From Tubulanus polymorphus (Eukaryota > Animalia > Nemertea), in the NCBI RefSeq assembly GCF_964204645.1, contig NC_134031.1, positions 13,255,807 through 13,319,806 on the forward strand: a DNA stretch of 64,000 nucleotides. Reading direction: 5' to 3'. Below the pieces are notes generated by a model. It searched no databases. It was given only the letters and a program-made list of their open reading frames with translations, and was not told the DNA's origin. Made by a program: the position numbers and the translations under genes. Position 1 is the stretch's first letter. Every line of letters starts with the position of its first letter. Positions 62,093 to 64,000 of the stretch are shown here, piece by piece.

Positions 62093-63418
62093 ATGGATGA
62101 GAAGATACCATGTGAAATTTGTGGTGAACTTCTAAGAAAAAGTAATATGGCTCGACATATGAAAAAACATGATGAAAATTATAAACCCCCTAAAATAAAC
62201 TGCCCAAAATGTAATAAATTATTCTCAAGAAATTATGTTAAAAAACATTCAGAGAAGTGTAGAATTAATGGCGCAACGGCTAATGTTGATAGTAACGAAA
62301 GTAATAGTAATTCTGCTGAAGTTGAACCTGAAGTTATTTGGAAAATACCTTTCTTATTCTATGATAAGGATAATATAAAATATCATTTCTGTGAGCCTTG
62401 TCGAATGAAATATAACCCTGAAAATATAGAAGATTGGGAGAATCATCAATTTCGTAAAGTACATATAGATAAAATTTCTAATAAATTTGAAACTGAATTT
62501 AATGAAAGAAAAAATAAAATATTAGAAAAAATAAAATATGAGAAAACGTTACCAGATAATGAAGAAACAGTTGAAAAGTTAGAAAAACAATATAATGAAT
62601 TAACAAGAAAAACATATTATTGTAAATATTGTAAATTGATTATTACAACAAGTAATTCAAATCTACATAATAGAACAATAAAACATAAAGAAAACGTAAG
62701 AAAATACCAAGAGCTTAATGAAGATCTATTACCAATAAATTATAAACAAAAATGCCCACAATGTATTTATGCGACCTTAAGACAAGAGGGTACTGTGTTA
62801 TTTTGTAATGAATGTGGATGGCAAAAGAATTTATGGGGTGAAGAAAAAACTAGAAATTTTCTCATAGATCCAAAATTAAATTATCTAGAAGAAATTTTTG
62901 AAATATTTTCTATGGAAGATCATACACCAGAATATATGCAATGGCTTGAAAAAATGAAAATAATAGAAAATGAAAATGGTGAAATAACTAAAAAAGATAT
63001 TATAAAAACAATTATTCCACCAACATTTAACACAAAACAAAAGAAAATGTATTTATATTTATTATTTAACGATTATTATGAAAAACCTAAATTAACAGAA
63101 GAAGATATGGAAAATATAAAAAAAATATTTAAACAAATATTAATGTATCATTTGGAAAATAGAATAACAGATTCAATAAATTATGAATTCTTTTTAAATA
63201 AGATTGTAAATTATTTAAACATAGATATTATAATTCCATTTGATGAATTAACAAACAAAAAGAAACAAAGAGAGCGAGATGAAATGTGGAACAATATAAC
63301 ACGTTATTTAAATGAGAAAAATGAAATAGAAGAACCTAAACAAATTATACAAGAACAATTAAATGAAAAAGAAGAAACCAATAGTGATTTCGAGTTTGAT
63401 GATATTGATCCATTTTAA
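62093..63418 (+). CDS. Poxvirus A2/VLTF3-like late transcription factor with N-terminal zinc fingers
   Basis: Four C2H2/C2HC-like fingers, a CPQC...CNECG ribbon, then NFLIDPKLNYL...LTEEDMENIKKIFKQI...EN...SINYEFFLNKI...W, which resembles vaccinia A2. Confidence 0.75.
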   Translation: MDEKIPCEICGELLRKSNMARHMKKHDENYKPPKINCPKCNKLFSRNYVKKHSEKCRINGATANVDSNESNSNSAEVEPEVIWKIPFLFYDKDNIKYHFCEPCRMKYNPENIEDWENHQFRKVHIDKISNKFETEFNERKNKILEKIKYEKTLPDNEETVEKLEKQYNELTRKTYYCKYCKLIITTSNSNLHNRTIKHKENVRKYQELNEDLLPINYKQKCPQCIYATLRQEGTVLFCNECGWQKNLWGEEKTRNFLIDPKLNYLEEIFEIFSMEDHTPEYMQWLEKMKIIENENGEITKKDIIKTIIPPTFNTKQKKMYLYLLFNDYYEKPKLTEEDMENIKKIFKQILMYHLENRITDSINYEFFLNKIVNYLNIDIIIPFDELTNKKKQRERDEMWNNITRYLNEKNEIEEPKQIIQEQLNEKEETNSDFEFDDIDPF

Positions 63419-63999
63419 TAACCATAAGGTAATGTTTTTATACCATCATCTGAAATATGTCTTTTATCATCAAATGGATTTAAACTAGTTTTTTCAACTT
63501 CATTAATGTACATCTCGTGATCTTCTGATCTTAAACAATTCATTTTGTGTTTCATTACAATTGAGCTATATAAACACTTTATATAATCTTGAAATTCTAT
63601 ATGTTTATCAACCACATGTTTTGTTATTCCTTTTAACTTTTTAGCTTCATGATCTTTTGTTCTGTAACTATACATTTTACTTCTTATCCCAACAAATTCA
63701 ATCATTTCATCACCTCCTAATTCATCTTTAAACTTACCAGGAATCTTTTTATTATCATTGCTAAATAGTTCATGATCTTTGGGATAATTGCTAAAATCAA
63801 AATAATGTTTTAATGTTTTTAAGTCTTTTGTTATGTCATTTGTCTTGATTTTTAGTATGTAGGCGTCAGTATTGAAGCAAATTAATGGAAATCCACAGTT
63901 AAATGTACCATCTTCAGTTGATAAATCATAAACATAATCTGTTGGGTTATATATTTCAAATAAATCTTTAACTTCTTCAGTTAAATCTTTTTCTGTGTG
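63415..63999 (-). CDS. polB: Protein-primed family B DNA polymerase, C-terminal part (frame open to the window edge)
   Basis: TDAYIL...FDFSNYPKDHELFS..NKKIPGKFKDE...EFVGIRSKMYSY...KKLKGI...SLNPFDDKR...TLPYG. Confidence 0.93.
   Translation of the reverse strand, partial: HTEKDLTEEVKDLFEIYNPTDYVYDLSTEDGTFNCGFPLICFNTDAYILKIKTNDITKDLKTLKHYFDFSNYPKDHELFSNDNKKIPGKFKDELGGDEMIEFVGIRSKMYSYRTKDHEAKKLKGITKHVVDKHIEFQDYIKCLYSSIVMKHKMNCLRSEDHEMYINEVEKTSLNPFDDKRHISDDGIKTLPYGY
63871..63999 (-). other. C-terminal splicing region of a putative intein in pPolB motif C
   Basis: ...EVKDLFEIYNPTDYVYDLSTEDGTFNCGFPLICFN | TDA: intein block F (YVYDL), block G ending in Asn, and +1 Thr. Confidence 0.78.
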
Positions 64000-64000
64000 G

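Larger units (their letters stand above)
51091..64000. mobile_element. Endogenous Polinton/Maverick (adintovirus/polintovirus-like) element, continuing beyond the window
   Basis: Abrupt switch to very AT-rich, intronless, tightly packed ORFs encoding A32-like ATPase, rve integrase, major and minor capsid proteins and pPolB. The putative terminus is AGAGGACG-AGAGGACG-AG. Confidence 0.92.

Noticed and set aside
51091-64000. Bacterial/phage contamination or mis-join as the source of the AT-rich block
   Set aside because: Gene content (chromo-rve integrase, Polinton capsids, pPolB, VLTF3-like factor) is eukaryotic-viral and the genes show decay typical of endogenous copies. The junction should still be confirmed with reads.

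Overview
Repeat-dense animal genomic DNA. The host looks like a marine invertebrate, inferred from its repeat families. One host gene is clear: a spliced HMCES/SRAP gene on the minus strand, with 8 coding exons reconstructed between 16677 and 27704 and the last exon not located. The rest is mobile DNA: a near-intact CR1-type LINE (~2.8-7.8 kb), many MITEs, five or six Helentron-associated (HINE-like) elements carrying ~154-bp internal repeats, a rearranged recombinase-less DIRS1-like element (30.8-35.8 kb), a TIR element holding a 190-bp satellite, and a Gypsy LTR element. The Gypsy element is cut at ~51.09 kb by an AT-rich endogenous Polinton/Maverick (adintovirus-like) virus that runs off the right edge. 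It encodes a packaging ATPase, chromo-integrase, major and minor capsid proteins, several membrane proteins and pPolB. Three features make this virus the main finding. (1) Its pPolB appears to carry an intein at the catalytic YxD|TD motif. (2) It encodes a poxvirus A2/VLTF3-like late transcription factor fused to several zinc fingers. (3) Nearly every gene starts with a poxvirus-type late promoter (T-tract, short spacer, TAAATG). Together these suggest a virophage-like satellite of a cytoplasmic poxvirus/NCLDV integrated in an animal genome. That interpretation is inference; no searches were run.
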